Shown in pieces: positions 42,909 to 57,904 of a DNA stretch of 64,000 nucleotides. Every line of letters begins with the position of its first letter. Positions within the stretch are counted from its first letter, which is position 1. This DNA comes from Escherichia coli. GTDB taxonomy: Bacteria > Pseudomonadota > Gammaproteobacteria > Enterobacterales > Enterobacteriaceae. The notes beneath the pieces were generated by a model. That model did not search any database, was not told where the DNA came from, and was given only the letters and a program-made list of their open reading frames with translations. The stretch lies in NCBI RefSeq assembly GCF_044324785.1, contig NZ_CP172127.1. One strand, given 5' to 3'. The position numbers and the translations under genes are program-made.

Positions 42909-44234
42909 ATGAGTGAGATATCCCGGCAAGAGTTTCAGCGTCGCCGTCAGGCCCTGGTGGAGCAAATGCAACCCGGCAGCGCCGCGCTGATTTTTGCAGC
43001 ACCAGAAGTAACACGTAGCGCCGACAGCGAATACCCCTATCGTCAGAACAGTGACTTCTGGTACTTCACAGGCTTTAACGAACCGGAAGCGGTGCTGGTG
43101 CTGATTAAAAGCGACGACACTCATAACCACAGCGTTTTGTTTAACCGCGTTCGCGACCTGACGGCAGAGATCTGGTTTGGTCGTCGCTTAGGCCAGGATG
43201 CCGCGCCAGAGAAACTGGGCGTTGACCGCGCACTGGCATTCAGCGAAATTAATCAGCAACTTTATCAACTGCTTAATGGTCTGGATGTGGTTTACCACGC
43301 CCAGGGCGAATATGCGTATGCTGATGAAATCGTGAACAGTGCGCTGGAAAAACTGCGTAAAGGCTCGCGACAGAATCTCACCGCCCCGGCAACGATGATC
43401 GACTGGCGTCCCATGGTACATGAAATGCGCCTGTACAAATCACCAGAAGAGATTGCCGTACTTCGCCGCGCGGGGGAAATCACCGCCCTGGCGCATACCC
43501 GGGCGATGGAAAAATGCCGTCCGGGAATGTTCGAGTACCACCTGGAAGGCGAAATTCACCACGAATTTAACCGCCACGGCGCGCGCTATCCTTCCTATAA
43601 CACCATTGTCGGCAGCGGTGAAAACGGCTGCATTCTGCACTACACCGAAAACGAGTGTGAACTGCGTGACGGTGACCTGGTGTTGATTGACGCGGGTTGT
43701 GAATACAAAGGTTACGCTGGCGATATTACCCGCACCTTCCCGGTCAACGGCAAATTCACTCAGGCCCAGCGTGAAATCTACGACATTGTGCTGGAGTCTC
43801 TCGAAACCAGCCTGCGCCTGTATCGCCCGGGAACTTCCATTCAGGAAGTCACCGGTGAAGTGGTGCGTATCATGGTTAGCGGCCTGGTAAAACTCGGCAT
43901 CCTGAAAGGTGATGTTGATGAACTGATCGCTCAGAACGCCCATCGTCCTTTCTTTATGCATGGCCTTAGCCACTGGTTAGGACTGGATGTCCATGACGTT
44001 GGCGTTTATGGCCAGGATCGCTCGCGCATTTTGGAACCGGGCATGGTACTGACCGTAGAGCCAGGTCTGTATATCGCGCCGGATGCAGATGTGCCAGAAC
44101 AATATCGCGGTATCGGCATTCGTATTGAAGACGACATTGTGATTACCGAAACCGGCAACGAAAACCTCACCGCTAGCGTGGTGAAAAAGCCGGAAGAAAT
44201 CGAAGCGTTGATGGCAGCTGCGAGAAAGCAATGA
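42909..44234 (+). CDS. pepP: Xaa-Pro aminopeptidase P
   Basis: Start at MSEISRQEFQRRRQALVEQMQPGSAALIFAAPE (441 aa). Confidence 0.95.
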   Translation: MSEISRQEFQRRRQALVEQMQPGSAALIFAAPEVTRSADSEYPYRQNSDFWYFTGFNEPEAVLVLIKSDDTHNHSVLFNRVRDLTAEIWFGRRLGQDAAPEKLGVDRALAFSEINQQLYQLLNGLDVVYHAQGEYAYADEIVNSALEKLRKGSRQNLTAPATMIDWRPMVHEMRLYKSPEEIAVLRRAGEITALAHTRAMEKCRPGMFEYHLEGEIHHEFNRHGARYPSYNTIVGSGENGCILHYTENECELRDGDLVLIDAGCEYKGYAGDITRTFPVNGKFTQAQREIYDIVLESLETSLRLYRPGTSIQEVTGEVVRIMVSGLVKLGILKGDVDELIAQNAHRPFFMHGLSHWLGLDVHDVGVYGQDRSRILEPGMVLTVEPGLYIAPDADVPEQYRGIGIRIEDDIVITETGNENLTASVVKKPEEIEALMAAARKQ

Positions 44235-45409
44235 GCGTAATCATCGTCGGTGGCGGCATGGCGGGCGCGACGCTGGCGCTGGCTATTTCCCGGTTAAGTC
44301 ACGGGGCGCTGCCGGTACATTTGATTGAAGCGACTGCGCCAGAGTCACATGCTCATCCGGGCTTTGATGGACGAGCTATTGCGTTGGCGGCGGGCACTTG
44401 TCAGCAACTGGCGCGCATCGGCGTCTGGCAATCTCTGGCTGATTGCGCAACCGCCATCACTACCGTGCATGTCAGCGATCGTGGTCATGCCGGATTCGTC
44501 ACCCTCGCCGCAGAAGATTACCAACTGGCGGCGCTGGGGCAGGTTGTCGAATTGCACAATGTCGGGCAACGGCTGTTTGCATTGCTGCGCAAAGCACCTG
44601 GCGTAACGCTGCATTGTCCTGATCGCGTGGCTAACGTTGCCCGTACTCAGAGTCACGTTGAAGTGACGCTGGAGAGTGGCGAGACGCTGACGGGCTGCTT
44701 GCTGGTAGCCGCTGATGGCACCCATTCAGCGTTAGCCACTGTGTGCGGCGTTGACTGGCAGCAGGAGCCTTACGAACAACTGGCTGTGATTGCCAACGTT
44801 GCGACTTCCGTTGCGCACGAAGGGCGCGCTTTTGAACGCTTTACGCAACATGGCCCGCTGGCGATGTTGCCGATGTCTGACGGACGCTGTTCGCTGGTCT
44901 GGTGTCATCCACTGGAACGGCGCGAAGAGGTACTGTCTTGGAGCGACGAGAAGTTTTGCCGTGAACTCCAGTCGGCCTTTGGTTGGCGACTTGGGAAAAT
45001 TACCCACGCTGGTAAACGCAGTGCTTATCCGCTGGCGTTAACCCGCGCCGCCAGACCTATTACCCATCGTACCGTGCTGGTGGGCAATGCGGCGCAAACT
45101 CTGCACCCGATTGCCGGGCAAGGGTTCAACCTCGGTATGCGAGATGTCATGAGCCTTGCGGAAACCCTGACTCAGGCGCAGGAGCGCGGAGAAGACATGG
45201 GTGATTACGGCGTATTGTGCCGTTATCAGCAGCGTCGACAGAGCGATCGCGAAGCAACCATCGGTGTCACGGACAACCTTGTACATCTTTTTGCCAACCG
45301 TTGGACGCCGCTGGTTGTCGGGCGCAACATCGGGCTGATGGCAATGGAATTATTTACCCCGGCACGCGATGTGTTGGCGCAGCGCACCCTCGGTTGGGTC
45401 GCGCGTTGA
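44231..45409 (+). CDS. ubiH: 2-octaprenyl-6-methoxyphenol hydroxylase
   Basis: 392-aa flavin monooxygenase ORF MSVIIVGGGMAGATLALAISRLS...; ATGA overlap with pepP. Confidence 0.94.
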   Translation: MSVIIVGGGMAGATLALAISRLSHGALPVHLIEATAPESHAHPGFDGRAIALAAGTCQQLARIGVWQSLADCATAITTVHVSDRGHAGFVTLAAEDYQLAALGQVVELHNVGQRLFALLRKAPGVTLHCPDRVANVARTQSHVEVTLESGETLTGCLLVAADGTHSALATVCGVDWQQEPYEQLAVIANVATSVAHEGRAFERFTQHGPLAMLPMSDGRCSLVWCHPLERREEVLSWSDEKFCRELQSAFGWRLGKITHAGKRSAYPLALTRAARPITHRTVLVGNAAQTLHPIAGQGFNLGMRDVMSLAETLTQAQERGEDMGDYGVLCRYQQRRQSDREATIGVTDNLVHLFANRWTPLVVGRNIGLMAMELFTPARDVLAQRTLGWVAR

Positions 45410-45431
45410 AGGCGGTTTTAAGGAATAAACA

Positions 45432-46634
45432 ATGCAAAGTGTTGATGTAGCCATTGTTGGCGGCGGCATGGTGGGGCTGGCGGTTGCCTGCGGCTTGCAG
45501 GGTAGTGGCTTACGCGTTGCCGTACTGGAGCAGCGCGTACCGGAACCTCTGGCGGCGGATGCACCACCACAACTGCGCGTTTCGGCTATCAATGCCGCCA
45601 GCGAAAAATTACTCACCCGTCTTGGCGTCTGGCAGGACATTCTCTCTCGTAGGGCCAGCTGTTATCACGGTATGGAAGTGTGGGACAAAGACAGCTTTGG
45701 TCACATTTCGTTTGACGATCAAAGCATGGGCTATAGCCATCTTGGGCATATCGTTGAAAATTCAGTGATTCACTACGCGCTGTGGAACAAAGCGCAGCAG
45801 TCGTCAGATATCACTCTGTTAGCCCCCGCAGAATTACAGCAGGTCGCCTGGGGAGAAAATGAAACCTTCCTGACGCTGAAAGATGGCAGCATGTTAACGG
45901 CGCGTCTGGTGATTGGCGCGGACGGCGCTAATTCCTGGTTGCGCAACAAAGCCGATATTCCGCTGACTTTCTGGGATTATCAGCATCACGCGCTGGTAGC
46001 GACCATTCGCACGGAAGAACCGCATGATGCGGTGGCGCGGCAGGTTTTCCATGGCGAAGGCATTCTGGCCTTTTTACCGCTTAGCGATCCGCATCTTTGC
46101 TCGATTGTCTGGTCACTGTCGCCAGAGGAAGCGCAGCGGATGCAGCAGGCAAGTGAAGACGAATTTAATCGCGCGTTAAATATCGCTTTTGATAATCGCC
46201 TGGGCTTATGCAAGGTTGAGAGCGAGCGTCAGGTGTTCCCGCTGACGGGGCGTTATGCCCGCCAGTTTGCCGCACACCGTCTGGCGTTGGTGGGCGACGC
46301 CGCGCATACTATTCACCCGCTCGCGGGGCAGGGCGTTAATCTCGGCTTTATGGATGCCGCAGAGCTGATTGCCGAACTGAAACGGTTGCATCGTCAGGGT
46401 AAAGACATCGGGCAGTACATTTACCTGCGTCGCTATGAGCGTAGCCGTAAGCACAGTGCGGCGCTGATGCTGGCTGGTATGCAGGGATTTCGCGATCTGT
46501 TTTCCGGTACCAATCCGGCGAAAAAACTGCTGCGTGATATTGGTCTGAAACTGGCCGACACGCTTCCTGGCGTTAAACCACAACTTATCCGCCAGGCAAT
46601 GGGATTAAACGATTTGCCTGAATGGCTGCGTTAA
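45432..46634 (+). CDS. ubiI: 2-octaprenylphenol hydroxylase UbiI (VisC)
   Basis: 400-aa flavin monooxygenase ORF MQSVDVAIVGGGMVGLAVACGLQGSGLRVAVLEQ... Confidence 0.93.
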   Translation: MQSVDVAIVGGGMVGLAVACGLQGSGLRVAVLEQRVPEPLAADAPPQLRVSAINAASEKLLTRLGVWQDILSRRASCYHGMEVWDKDSFGHISFDDQSMGYSHLGHIVENSVIHYALWNKAQQSSDITLLAPAELQQVAWGENETFLTLKDGSMLTARLVIGADGANSWLRNKADIPLTFWDYQHHALVATIRTEEPHDAVARQVFHGEGILAFLPLSDPHLCSIVWSLSPEEAQRMQQASEDEFNRALNIAFDNRLGLCKVESERQVFPLTGRYARQFAAHRLALVGDAAHTIHPLAGQGVNLGFMDAAELIAELKRLHRQGKDIGQYIYLRRYERSRKHSAALMLAGMQGFRDLFSGTNPAKKLLRDIGLKLADTLPGVKPQLIRQAMGLNDLPEWLR

Positions 46635-46677
46635 AAATTTCTCCTCTGTTGTTTATTTGATACCCATCACACTTTCA

Positions 46678-46706
46678 TCTCCCGGTTTTTTCGCCGGGAG
46701 ATTTTC
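46678..46706 (+). terminator. ubiI intrinsic terminator
   Basis: atctcccgg-tttttt-cgccgggagat followed by tttcc. Confidence 0.75.
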
Positions 46707-47081
46707 CTCATTTGAAATAAACTAATTTCACCTCCGTTTTCGCATTATATTTTCTAATGTCACGAATTTTTGATTTAGTGTTTTTTGACATTTTTTCAGT
46801 TCTTAATATTGCTTTATTCAAATTAAGTTTCTCATCACATCATCTTTGTATAGAAACTGGAATGTTTTTTGGTTTTTTATTCTGTTGCTATTCTGGCGTT
46901 TTTTAACCATAAGCTAATGTGATGATCAATTTTACCTTATGGTTAACAGTCTGTTTCGGTGGTAAGTTCAGGCAAAAGAGAACGATTGCGTTGGGGACCG
47001 GGAGTGGCTCCGATGCTGGGTTTCGTGGTGATAATTTCGCCATGGAAAAGTTGTCAGCCCCGCTTATTCAATGAGGACAAG

Positions 47082-48176
47082 ATGGCACAACAGACTCCTT
47101 TGTACGAACAACACACGCTTTGCGGCGCTCGCATGGTGGATTTCCACGGCTGGATGATGCCGCTGCATTACGGTTCGCAAATCGACGAACATCATGCGGT
47201 ACGTACCGATGCCGGAATGTTTGATGTGTCACATATGACCATCGTCGATCTTCGCGGCAGCCGCACCCGGGAGTTTTTGCGTTATCTGCTGGCGAACGAT
47301 GTGGCGAAGCTCACCAAAAGCGGCAAAGCCCTTTACTCGGGGATGTTGAATGCCTCTGGCGGTGTGATAGATGATCTCATCGTCTACTATTTTACTGAAG
47401 ATTTCTTCCGCCTCGTTGTTAACTCCGCCACCCGCGAAAAAGACCTCTCCTGGATCACCCAACACGCTGAACCTTTCGGCATCGAAATTACCGTTCGTGA
47501 TGACCTTTCCATGATTGCCGTGCAAGGGCCGAATGCGCAGGCAAAAGCTGCCACACTGTTTAATGACGCTCAGCGTCAGGCGGTGGAAGGGATGAAACCG
47601 TTCTTTGGCGTGCAGGCGGGCGATCTGTTTATTGCCACCACTGGTTATACCGGTGAAGCGGGCTATGAAATTGCGCTGCCCAATGAAAAAGCGGCCGATT
47701 TCTGGCGTGCGCTGGTGGAAGCGGGCGTTAAGCCATGCGGCCTGGGCGCGCGTGACACGCTGCGTCTGGAAGCGGGTATGAATCTTTATGGTCAGGAGAT
47801 GGACGAAACCATCTCTCCGTTAGCCGCCAACATGGGCTGGACTATCGCTTGGGAACCGGCAGATCGTGACTTTATCGGTCGTGAAGCCCTGGAAGTGCAG
47901 CGTGAGCATGGCACAGAAAAACTGGTTGGTCTGGTGATGACCGAAAAAGGCGTGCTGCGTAATGAACTGCCGGTACGCTTTACCGATGCGCAGGGCAACC
48001 AGCATGAAGGCATTATCACCAGCGGTACTTTCTCTCCGACGCTGGGTTACAGCATTGCGCTGGCGCGCGTGCCGGAAGGTATTGGTGAAACAGCGATTGT
48101 GCAAATTCGCAACCGTGAAATGCCGGTTAAAGTGACGAAACCTGTTTTTGTGCGTAACGGTAAAGCCGTCGCGTGA
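47082..48176 (+). CDS. gcvT: glycine cleavage system T protein
   Basis: Start at [33 protein letters not shown] (364 aa). Confidence 0.96.
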
Positions 48177-48199
48177 TTTACTTTTTTGGAGATTGATTG

Positions 48200-48589
48200 A
48201 TGAGCAACGTACCAGCAGAACTGAAATACAGCAAAGAACACGAATGGCTGCGTAAAGAAGCCGACGGCACTTACACCGTTGGTATCACCGAACATGCCCA
48301 GGAGCTGTTAGGCGATATGGTGTTTGTTGACCTGCCGGAAGTGGGCGCAACGGTTAGCGCGGGCGATGACTGCGCGGTTGCCGAATCAGTAAAAGCGGCG
48401 TCAGACATTTATGCGCCAGTAAGCGGTGAAATCGTGGCGGTAAACGACGCACTGAGCGATTCCCCGGAACTGGTGAACAGCGAACCGTATGCAGGCGGCT
48501 GGATCTTTAAAATCAAAGCCAGCGATGAAAGCGAACTGGAATCACTGCTGGATGCGACCGCATACGAAGCATTGTTAGAAGACGAGTAA
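48200..48589 (+). CDS. gcvH: glycine cleavage system H protein
   Basis: Start at [20 protein letters not shown] (129 aa). Confidence 0.96.
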
Positions 48590-48707
48590 CGGCTTTATTC
48601 CTCTTCTGCGGGAGAGGATCAGGGTGAGGAACTTTTACGCCTCACCCTCACTCTCTTCGCAAGGAGAGAGGTTCACAATTCACTGCACGTTTCAGGAACC
48701 ATCGCTC

Positions 48708-51581
48708 ATGACACAGACGTTAAGCCAGCTTGAAAACAGCGGCGCTTTTATTGAACGCCATATCGGACCGGACGCCGCGCAACAGCAAGAAATGCTGAAT
48801 GCCGTTGGCGCACAATCGTTAAACGCGCTGACCGGCCAGATTGTGCCGAAAGATATTCAGCTTGCGACCCCGCCGCAGGTTGGCGCACCGGCGACCGAAT
48901 ACGCCGCGCTGGCGGAACTCAAGGCTATTGCCAGTCGCAATAAACGCTTCACGTCTTACATCGGCATGGGTTACACCGCCGTGCAGCTACCGCCGGTTAT
49001 TCTGCGTAACATGCTGGAAAATCCGGGCTGGTATACCGCGTATACTCCGTATCAACCTGAAGTCTCCCAGGGCCGCCTTGAAGCACTGCTCAACTTCCAG
49101 CAGGTAACGCTGGATTTGACCGGGCTGGATATGGCCTCTGCTTCTCTTCTGGACGAGGCCACTGCTGCCGCCGAAGCAATGGCGATGGCGAAACGCGTCA
49201 GCAAACTGAAAAATGCCAACCGCTTCTTCGTTGCTACTGACGTCCATCCGCAAACGTTGGATGTGGTACGTACTCGTGCCGAAACCTTTGGTTTTGAAGT
49301 GATTGTCGATGACGCGCAAAAAGTGCTCGACCATCAGGACGTCTTCGGCGTGCTGTTACAGCAGGTTGGCACAACCGGTGAAATCCACGACTACACTGCG
49401 CTCATCAGCGAACTGAAATCACGCAAAATTGTGGTCAGTGTCGCCGCCGATATTATGGCGCTGGTGCTGTTAACTGCGCCGGGTAAACAGGGCGCGGATA
49501 TTGTTTTTGGTTCGGCGCAACGCTTTGGCGTACCGATGGGTTACGGTGGCCCACACGCGGCATTCTTTGCGGCGAAAGACGAATACAAACGCTCAATGCC
49601 GGGCCGTATTATCGGTGTATCGAAAGATGCAGCTGGCAACACCGCTCTGCGCATGGCGATGCAGACTCGCGAGCAACATATTCGTCGTGAGAAAGCGAAC
49701 TCCAACATTTGTACTTCCCAGGTGCTGCTGGCAAACATCGCCAGCCTGTATGCCGTTTATCACGGCCCGGTTGGCCTGAAACGTATCGCTAACCGCATTC
49801 ACCGTCTGACCGATATCCTGGCGGCGGGCCTGCAACAAAAAGGTCTGAAACTGCGTCATGCGCACTATTTCGACACCTTGTGTGTGGAAGTGGCCGACAA
49901 AGCGGGCGTACTGACGCGTGCCGAAGCGGCTGAAATCAACCTGCGTAGCGATATCCTGAACGCGGTTGGGATCACCCTTGATGAAACCACCACGCGCGAA
50001 AACGTGATGCAGCTTTTCAGCGTGCTGCTGGGCGATAACCACGGGCTGGAGATCGACACGCTGGACAAAGACGTGGCTCACGACAGCCGCTCTATTCAGC
50101 CTGCGATGCTGCGCGACGACGAAATCCTCACCCATCCGGTGTTTAATCGCTACCACAGCGAAACCGAAATGATGCGCTATATGCACTCGCTGGAGCGTAA
50201 AGATCTGGCGCTGAATCAGGCGATGATCCCGCTGGGTTCCTGCACCATGAAACTGAACGCCGCCGCCGAGATGATCCCAATCACCTGGCCGGAATTTGCC
50301 GAACTGCACCCGTTCTGCCCGCCGGAACAGGCAGAAGGTTATCAGCAGATGATTGCGCAGTTGGCTGACTGGCTGGTGAAACTGACCGGTTACGACGCCG
50401 TTTGTATGCAGCCGAACTCTGGCGCACAGGGCGAATACGCGGGCCTGCTGGCGATTCGTCATTATCATGAAAGCCGCAACGAAGGGCATCGCGATATCTG
50501 CCTGATCCCTGCCTCTGCGCACGGCACTAACCCGGCTTCCGCGCATATGGCAGGCATGCAGGTGGTGGTTGTGGCGTGTGATAAAAACGGCAACATCGAT
50601 CTGACTGATCTGCGCGCGAAAGCAGAACAAGCGGGCGATAACCTCTCCTGTATCATGGTGACCTATCCTTCCACCCACGGCGTGTATGAAGAAACGATCC
50701 GTGAAGTGTGTGAAGTCGTGCATCAGTTCGGCGGTCAGGTTTACCTTGATGGCGCGAACATGAACGCCCAGGTCGGCATCACCTCACCGGGCTTTATTGG
50801 CGCGGACGTCTCGCACCTTAACCTGCATAAAACTTTCTGCATTCCGCACGGTGGCGGCGGCCCTGGTATGGGACCGATCGGCGTGAAAGCGCATCTGGCA
50901 CCGTTTGTGCCAGGTCATAGCGTGGTACAAATTGAAGGCATGTTAACCCGTCAGGGCGCGGTTTCTGCGGCACCGTTCGGTAGCGCCTCTATCCTGCCAA
51001 TCAGCTGGATGTACATCCGCATGATGGGCGCAGAAGGGCTGAAAAAAGCAAGCCAGGTGGCAATTCTTAACGCCAACTATATTGCCAGCCGCCTGCAGGA
51101 TGCCTTCCCGGTGCTGTATACCGGTCGTGACGGTCGCGTGGCGCACGAATGTATTCTCGATATTCGTCCGCTGAAAGAAGAAACCGGCATCAGCGAACTG
51201 GATATTGCCAAGCGTCTGATCGACTACGGTTTCCACGCGCCGACCATGTCATTCCCGGTGGCGGGTACGCTGATGGTTGAACCGACCGAATCCGAAAGCA
51301 AAGTGGAACTGGATCGCTTTATCGACGCGATGCTGGCTATCCGCGCAGAAATTGACCAGGTGAAAGCCGGTGTCTGGCCGCTGGAAGATAACCCGCTGGT
51401 GAACGCGCCGCACATTCAGAGCGAACTGGTCGCCGAGTGGGCGCATCCGTACAGCCGTGAAGTTGCGGTATTCCCGGCAGGCGTGGCAGACAAATACTGG
51501 CCGACAGTGAAACGTCTGGATGATGTTTACGGCGACCGTAACCTGTTCTGCTCCTGCGTACCGATTAGCGAATACCAGTAA
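48708..51581 (+). CDS. gcvP: glycine dehydrogenase (decarboxylating), P protein
   Basis: Start at [33 protein letters not shown] (957 aa). Confidence 0.96.
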   Translation: MTQTLSQLENSGAFIERHIGPDAAQQQEMLNAVGAQSLNALTGQIVPKDIQLATPPQVGAPATEYAALAELKAIASRNKRFTSYIGMGYTAVQLPPVILRNMLENPGWYTAYTPYQPEVSQGRLEALLNFQQVTLDLTGLDMASASLLDEATAAAEAMAMAKRVSKLKNANRFFVATDVHPQTLDVVRTRAETFGFEVIVDDAQKVLDHQDVFGVLLQQVGTTGEIHDYTALISELKSRKIVVSVAADIMALVLLTAPGKQGADIVFGSAQRFGVPMGYGGPHAAFFAAKDEYKRSMPGRIIGVSKDAAGNTALRMAMQTREQHIRREKANSNICTSQVLLANIASLYAVYHGPVGLKRIANRIHRLTDILAAGLQQKGLKLRHAHYFDTLCVEVADKAGVLTRAEAAEINLRSDILNAVGITLDETTTRENVMQLFSVLLGDNHGLEIDTLDKDVAHDSRSIQPAMLRDDEILTHPVFNRYHSETEMMRYMHSLERKDLALNQAMIPLGSCTMKLNAAAEMIPITWPEFAELHPFCPPEQAEGYQQMIAQLADWLVKLTGYDAVCMQPNSGAQGEYAGLLAIRHYHESRNEGHRDICLIPASAHGTNPASAHMAGMQVVVVACDKNGNIDLTDLRAKAEQAGDNLSCIMVTYPSTHGVYEETIREVCEVVHQFGGQVYLDGANMNAQVGITSPGFIGADVSHLNLHKTFCIPHGGGGPGMGPIGVKAHLAPFVPGHSVVQIEGMLTRQGAVSAAPFGSASILPISWMYIRMMGAEGLKKASQVAILNANYIASRLQDAFPVLYTGRDGRVAHECILDIRPLKEETGISELDIAKRLIDYGFHAPTMSFPVAGTLMVEPTESESKVELDRFIDAMLAIRAEIDQVKAGVWPLEDNPLVNAPHIQSELVAEWAHPYSREVAVFPAGVADKYWPTVKRLDDVYGDRNLFCSCVPISEYQ

Positions 51582-51603
51582 TTCACTGATTCGACTATTT
51601 TCT

Positions 51604-51627
51604 AAAGGCGCTTCGGCGCCTTTTTAG
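51604..51627 (+). terminator. gcvP intrinsic terminator
   Basis: aaaggcgc-ttcg-gcgccttt followed by tta. Confidence 0.8.
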
Positions 51628-51744
51628 CTTGTTAATAAAGTGCGCTTTGTGTGTCGGATGAAGCGTAAATATAAACTCCTGGAGTTCAATATATGACAGG
51701 AGCGCCAGGCCTGATGAGCGGGGCGCATCAGGCACATCGGGTAA

Positions 51745-53205
<1,461 letters not shown>

Positions 53206-53222
53206 TTACAGGAAATAGTACC

Positions 53223-53534
53223 ATGCAGCCAAACGACATCACTTTTTTTCAACGTTTCCAGGATGACATTCTGGCTGGGCGTAAAACCATCACCATCCGC
53301 GACGAGTCTGAATCGCACTTCAAAACGGGTGATGTGCTTCGTGTCGGACGTTTTGAAGATGACGGTTATTTTTGCACGATTGAAGTCACCGCAACCTCAA
53401 CCGTAACGCTGGATACGCTGACGGAAAAACATGCAGAGCAGGAGAATATGACCCTGCCTGAACTGAAAAAGGTTATTGCTGACATCTATCCCGGCCAGAC
53501 ACAGTTTTATGTGATTGAATTTAAATGCCTTTAA
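53223..53534 (+). CDS. yqfB: ASCH-domain protein YqfB
   Basis: 103-aa [33 protein letters not shown]... Confidence 0.9.
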   Translation: MQPNDITFFQRFQDDILAGRKTITIRDESESHFKTGDVLRVGRFEDDGYFCTIEVTATSTVTLDTLTEKHAEQENMTLPELKKVIADIYPGQTQFYVIEFKCL

Positions 53535-53694
53535 ATTGAACTCACGCCTGTTAGTTGAAATTTCGCATTTAATTTCATGATTTTTCGGAGATTAGTCTCA
53601 AATCAGAATTTATTTTAGCTAACAGGTGTTCACTGGAACTATTCTCAGTTACGCTGGAGAGGTATACATGTGCGTGTACGTTTCTCCGGAGTAA

Positions 53695-54357
<663 letters not shown>

Positions 54358-54392
54358 TGGGGGTACCTTTGTAGGCCTGAAAAGACACACCC

Positions 54393-54427
54393 GTGTCGCA
54401 TCAGGCGATAAATGCCTGATGCGACAC
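54393..54427. terminator. bidirectional hairpin (REP-like palindrome) between convergent yqfA and ygfZ
   Basis: gtgtcgcatcaggc-gataaat-gcctgatgcgacac, 14-bp stem. Confidence 0.6.
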
Positions 54428-54433
54428 AGAGAT

Positions 54434-55414
54434 TTACTCTTCGAGCGAATACGGCAGCGGCTCGATATGCAATGTATTCGCATCGTCACGCACGCGGAAG
54501 ATGCTGTCCGGTTCCATATCGTTATTCATGACGACCTGTACCACGACCTGACCATCTTCCAGTTTTACCGCAGCCAGCACGGTTCCGGTACGACGCCAGT
54601 TCTCGCCCATTTTCAGCTCTAAATCTTCACCAGCTTCCGGCAGTCGGCTGGCACTACCTGTCAGCAACCAGAGCGCGCGTTTGTTGGCACCACGGAATTT
54701 TGCTCGCGCCACCATCTCTTGTCCGGTATAGCAGCCTTTTTTAAAGCTGATGCCGCCCAGCGCCTGGAGGTTGGTCGCCTGTGGGATAAACTGCCCGCTG
54801 TTGGCGGCATCAATCACCGGGAAACCCGCTTCAATGTTTAATGCCAGCCACTGTTGGCTATTGTTCAGTTCCGCTTCACCGCGCAGTTTATCGGTCAGCA
54901 TATTGGCAGTAGCTTCATCGGTTACGATCAGGAAACGTTCTGCCGGGTGTTCGAACCATAGCAAAGTGGTCGCGCCTTCTTTAACTACCTGTTTTTCTTT
55001 CGAAGGCAGTTCACTAAAGATATTTGCCAGCGCGGCGCGCGCCTGAAAACCGGCAACACCAAGCAGCACACGCTCGTCGTCTGGCGCGATTGTCACTTTA
55101 GAGAACACCGCATATTTTTTCAGTTCAGTCAGCTGCGGTTCACGCACGCTGCGCCGTTCAATCCATGCAAAGCCATCGCCGTCGCGGAACAGACGTAAGT
55201 TGCTCCACATTTTGCCTTTGGCGTCGCAATGGGCGGCGAGCAGGTGCTGATCTTCTGTCATCTGGCTGACATCTGCTGTCACTTGACCCTGCATATATTT
55301 TTCGCTGTCCGCGCCAGTAATGTTGGCAAGCGCCCAGTCATCAAGCGTCATCAGCGTCAGTGGCAAACGGGCAGAAGCCGTAGGCTGACGGGGAGGAAAA
55401 GGTGTAAAAGCCAT
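54434..55414 (-). CDS. ygfZ: folate-binding Fe-S cluster repair protein YgfZ
   Basis: 326-aa [47 protein letters not shown]... Confidence 0.93.
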   Translation of the reverse strand: MAFTPFPPRQPTASARLPLTLMTLDDWALANITGADSEKYMQGQVTADVSQMTEDQHLLAAHCDAKGKMWSNLRLFRDGDGFAWIERRSVREPQLTELKKYAVFSKVTIAPDDERVLLGVAGFQARAALANIFSELPSKEKQVVKEGATTLLWFEHPAERFLIVTDEATANMLTDKLRGEAELNNSQQWLALNIEAGFPVIDAANSGQFIPQATNLQALGGISFKKGCYTGQEMVARAKFRGANKRALWLLTGSASRLPEAGEDLELKMGENWRRTGTVLAAVKLEDGQVVVQVVMNNDMEPDSIFRVRDDANTLHIEPLPYSLEE

Positions 55415-55644
55415 AATAGAGTCCTGAGTTGCTTAACGGCGTATTAATGACTAATGGTAAAAGAGCTATGAGGCAATGCAAGTGCTTTCACTACGCGATC
55501 TGTGCCTTCTGCGAGGCGACTTCCAAAAAAATGAAGCCCTTGAATTGTTGTGAATTAATTTCGCGATCGCGATTGTGTTTACTGATATTCCCGCAAAAGA
55601 AGTCGAAAAACACGTTACAATAGCGGGGTACTGGATTTTCGTGA

Positions 55645-56311
<667 letters not shown>

Positions 56312-56350
56312 AGATGACGGCAAAGCATATGCGCTAAGCCGTCAGTGACA

Positions 56351-56872
56351 TCAGGCGTAATGCTCTGCCATTTCGTTGAGGATTTGCTCGCACCAGTTCT
56401 GAATACGCTCGTCGCTAAGGTCATACTGATTGGTTTCGTCCAGCGCCAGGCCCACGAACAGTTGCCCGTCAGCTATCACCGGTTTCGGGCTGGTAAACTC
56501 ATATCCTTCCGTTGGCCAGTAGCCGACGAACTTCACGCCTTTGGTCGAGAGCTTTTCATGCAGCATACCGAGCGCATCGAGGAACCACTCGCCGTATCCC
56601 AGTTGATCGCCAAGCCCATACAGCGCAACAATTTTACCTTCAAGGTTCAGGTCGTCGAGCTGATCCCAGACGGCTTCCCAGTCTTCCTGGATTTCACCAA
56701 AATCCCAGGTCGGGATACCCAGAATGAGCACATCGTACTGCTCCATTAATTTCGGGGAGTCGTCCTTGAGGTTATGTAAGGTCACCAGTTCTGGGCCGAT
56801 AATATCGCGGATTTTTTCTGCCGCCATTTCGGTGTAACAGGTGCTGGAACCGTAAAAAAGACCCATATTCAT
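56351..56872 (-). CDS. fldB: flavodoxin 2
   Basis: 173-aa [29 protein letters not shown]... Confidence 0.95.
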   Translation of the reverse strand: MNMGLFYGSSTCYTEMAAEKIRDIIGPELVTLHNLKDDSPKLMEQYDVLILGIPTWDFGEIQEDWEAVWDQLDDLNLEGKIVALYGLGDQLGYGEWFLDALGMLHEKLSTKGVKFVGYWPTEGYEFTSPKPVIADGQLFVGLALDETNQYDLSDERIQNWCEQILNEMAEHYA

Positions 56873-56983
56873 AACGTAAGCTTCTCGATTCTGCTGTGGC
56901 TTTTGTGGCTAGTGTATCAGAATCGCTTTAGTCACGGCACAATAAGGCATAATGGATCAAATGAGTGACCATAAGGGGCGCAA

Positions 56984-57880
56984 GTGAAACAGGATCTGGC
57001 ACGCATCGAGCAGTTTCTTGATGCTCTGTGGCTGGAAAAAAATCTGGCTGAAAATACGTTGAACGCTTACCGTCGCGATCTGTCAATGATGGTGGAGTGG
57101 TTGCATCACCGCGGGTTGACGCTGGCGACGGTGCAAAGTGACGATTTGCAGGCATTACTGGCAGAAAGGCTGGAGGGCGGGTATAAAGCCACCAGCTCAG
57201 CGCGTTTGCTGAGTGCAGTGCGTCGATTGTTCCAGTATCTTTATCGCGAAAAGTTTCGTGAAGACGATCCCAGTGCGCATCTCGCTTCACCGAAATTGCC
57301 ACAGCGTTTGCCAAAAGATTTAAGCGAAGCGCAGGTCGAACGTTTATTACAGGCACCATTAATTGATCAGCCACTGGAGCTACGCGATAAAGCCATGCTT
57401 GAAGTGTTGTATGCTACAGGGCTGCGTGTCTCTGAACTGGTCGGGCTGACAATGAGTGATATCAGCCTGCGTCAGGGCGTAGTGCGGGTCATTGGTAAAG
57501 GCAACAAAGAGCGCCTGGTACCGTTAGGTGAAGAGGCGGTTTACTGGCTGGAAACGTATCTCGAGCATGGGCGACCGTGGTTGTTGAACGGTGTCTCTAT
57601 TGATGTGTTGTTCCCCAGCCAGCGTGCGCAGCAGATGACGCGACAGACCTTCTGGCACCGCATTAAACATTATGCCGTGCTGGCGGGTATCGACAGCGAA
57701 AAGCTGTCACCGCATGTGTTGCGTCACGCTTTTGCCACTCACTTATTAAATCATGGTGCGGATTTACGCGTGGTGCAGATGCTACTGGGCCACAGCGATC
57801 TCTCCACCACGCAAATTTATACGCATGTCGCTACCGAGCGTCTGCGGCAACTTCATCAACAGCATCACCCGCGGGCGTGA
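56984..57880 (+). CDS. xerD: site-specific tyrosine recombinase XerD
   Basis: 298-aa ORF from GTG: MKQDLARIEQFLDALWLEKNLAENTLNAYRRDL...; RHAFATHLL / HSDLSTTQIYTHV catalytic motifs. Confidence 0.96.
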   Translation: MKQDLARIEQFLDALWLEKNLAENTLNAYRRDLSMMVEWLHHRGLTLATVQSDDLQALLAERLEGGYKATSSARLLSAVRRLFQYLYREKFREDDPSAHLASPKLPQRLPKDLSEAQVERLLQAPLIDQPLELRDKAMLEVLYATGLRVSELVGLTMSDISLRQGVVRVIGKGNKERLVPLGEEAVYWLETYLEHGRPWLLNGVSIDVLFPSQRAQQMTRQTFWHRIKHYAVLAGIDSEKLSPHVLRHAFATHLLNHGADLRVVQMLLGHSDLSTTQIYTHVATERLRQLHQQHHPRA

Positions 57881-57904
57881 TGTCTGAAAAGAACGGGAAG
57901 ATTT

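Noticed and set aside
49593-50723. 376-aa antisense ORF inside gcvP, and similar long antisense frames in bglA (51835-52950), lysS (61538-62953), prfB (60506-61510), tktA (16058-16726) and speA (10915-11541)
   Set aside because: Shadow ORFs opposite highly expressed, codon-biased genes whose sense-strand products are clearly identified.
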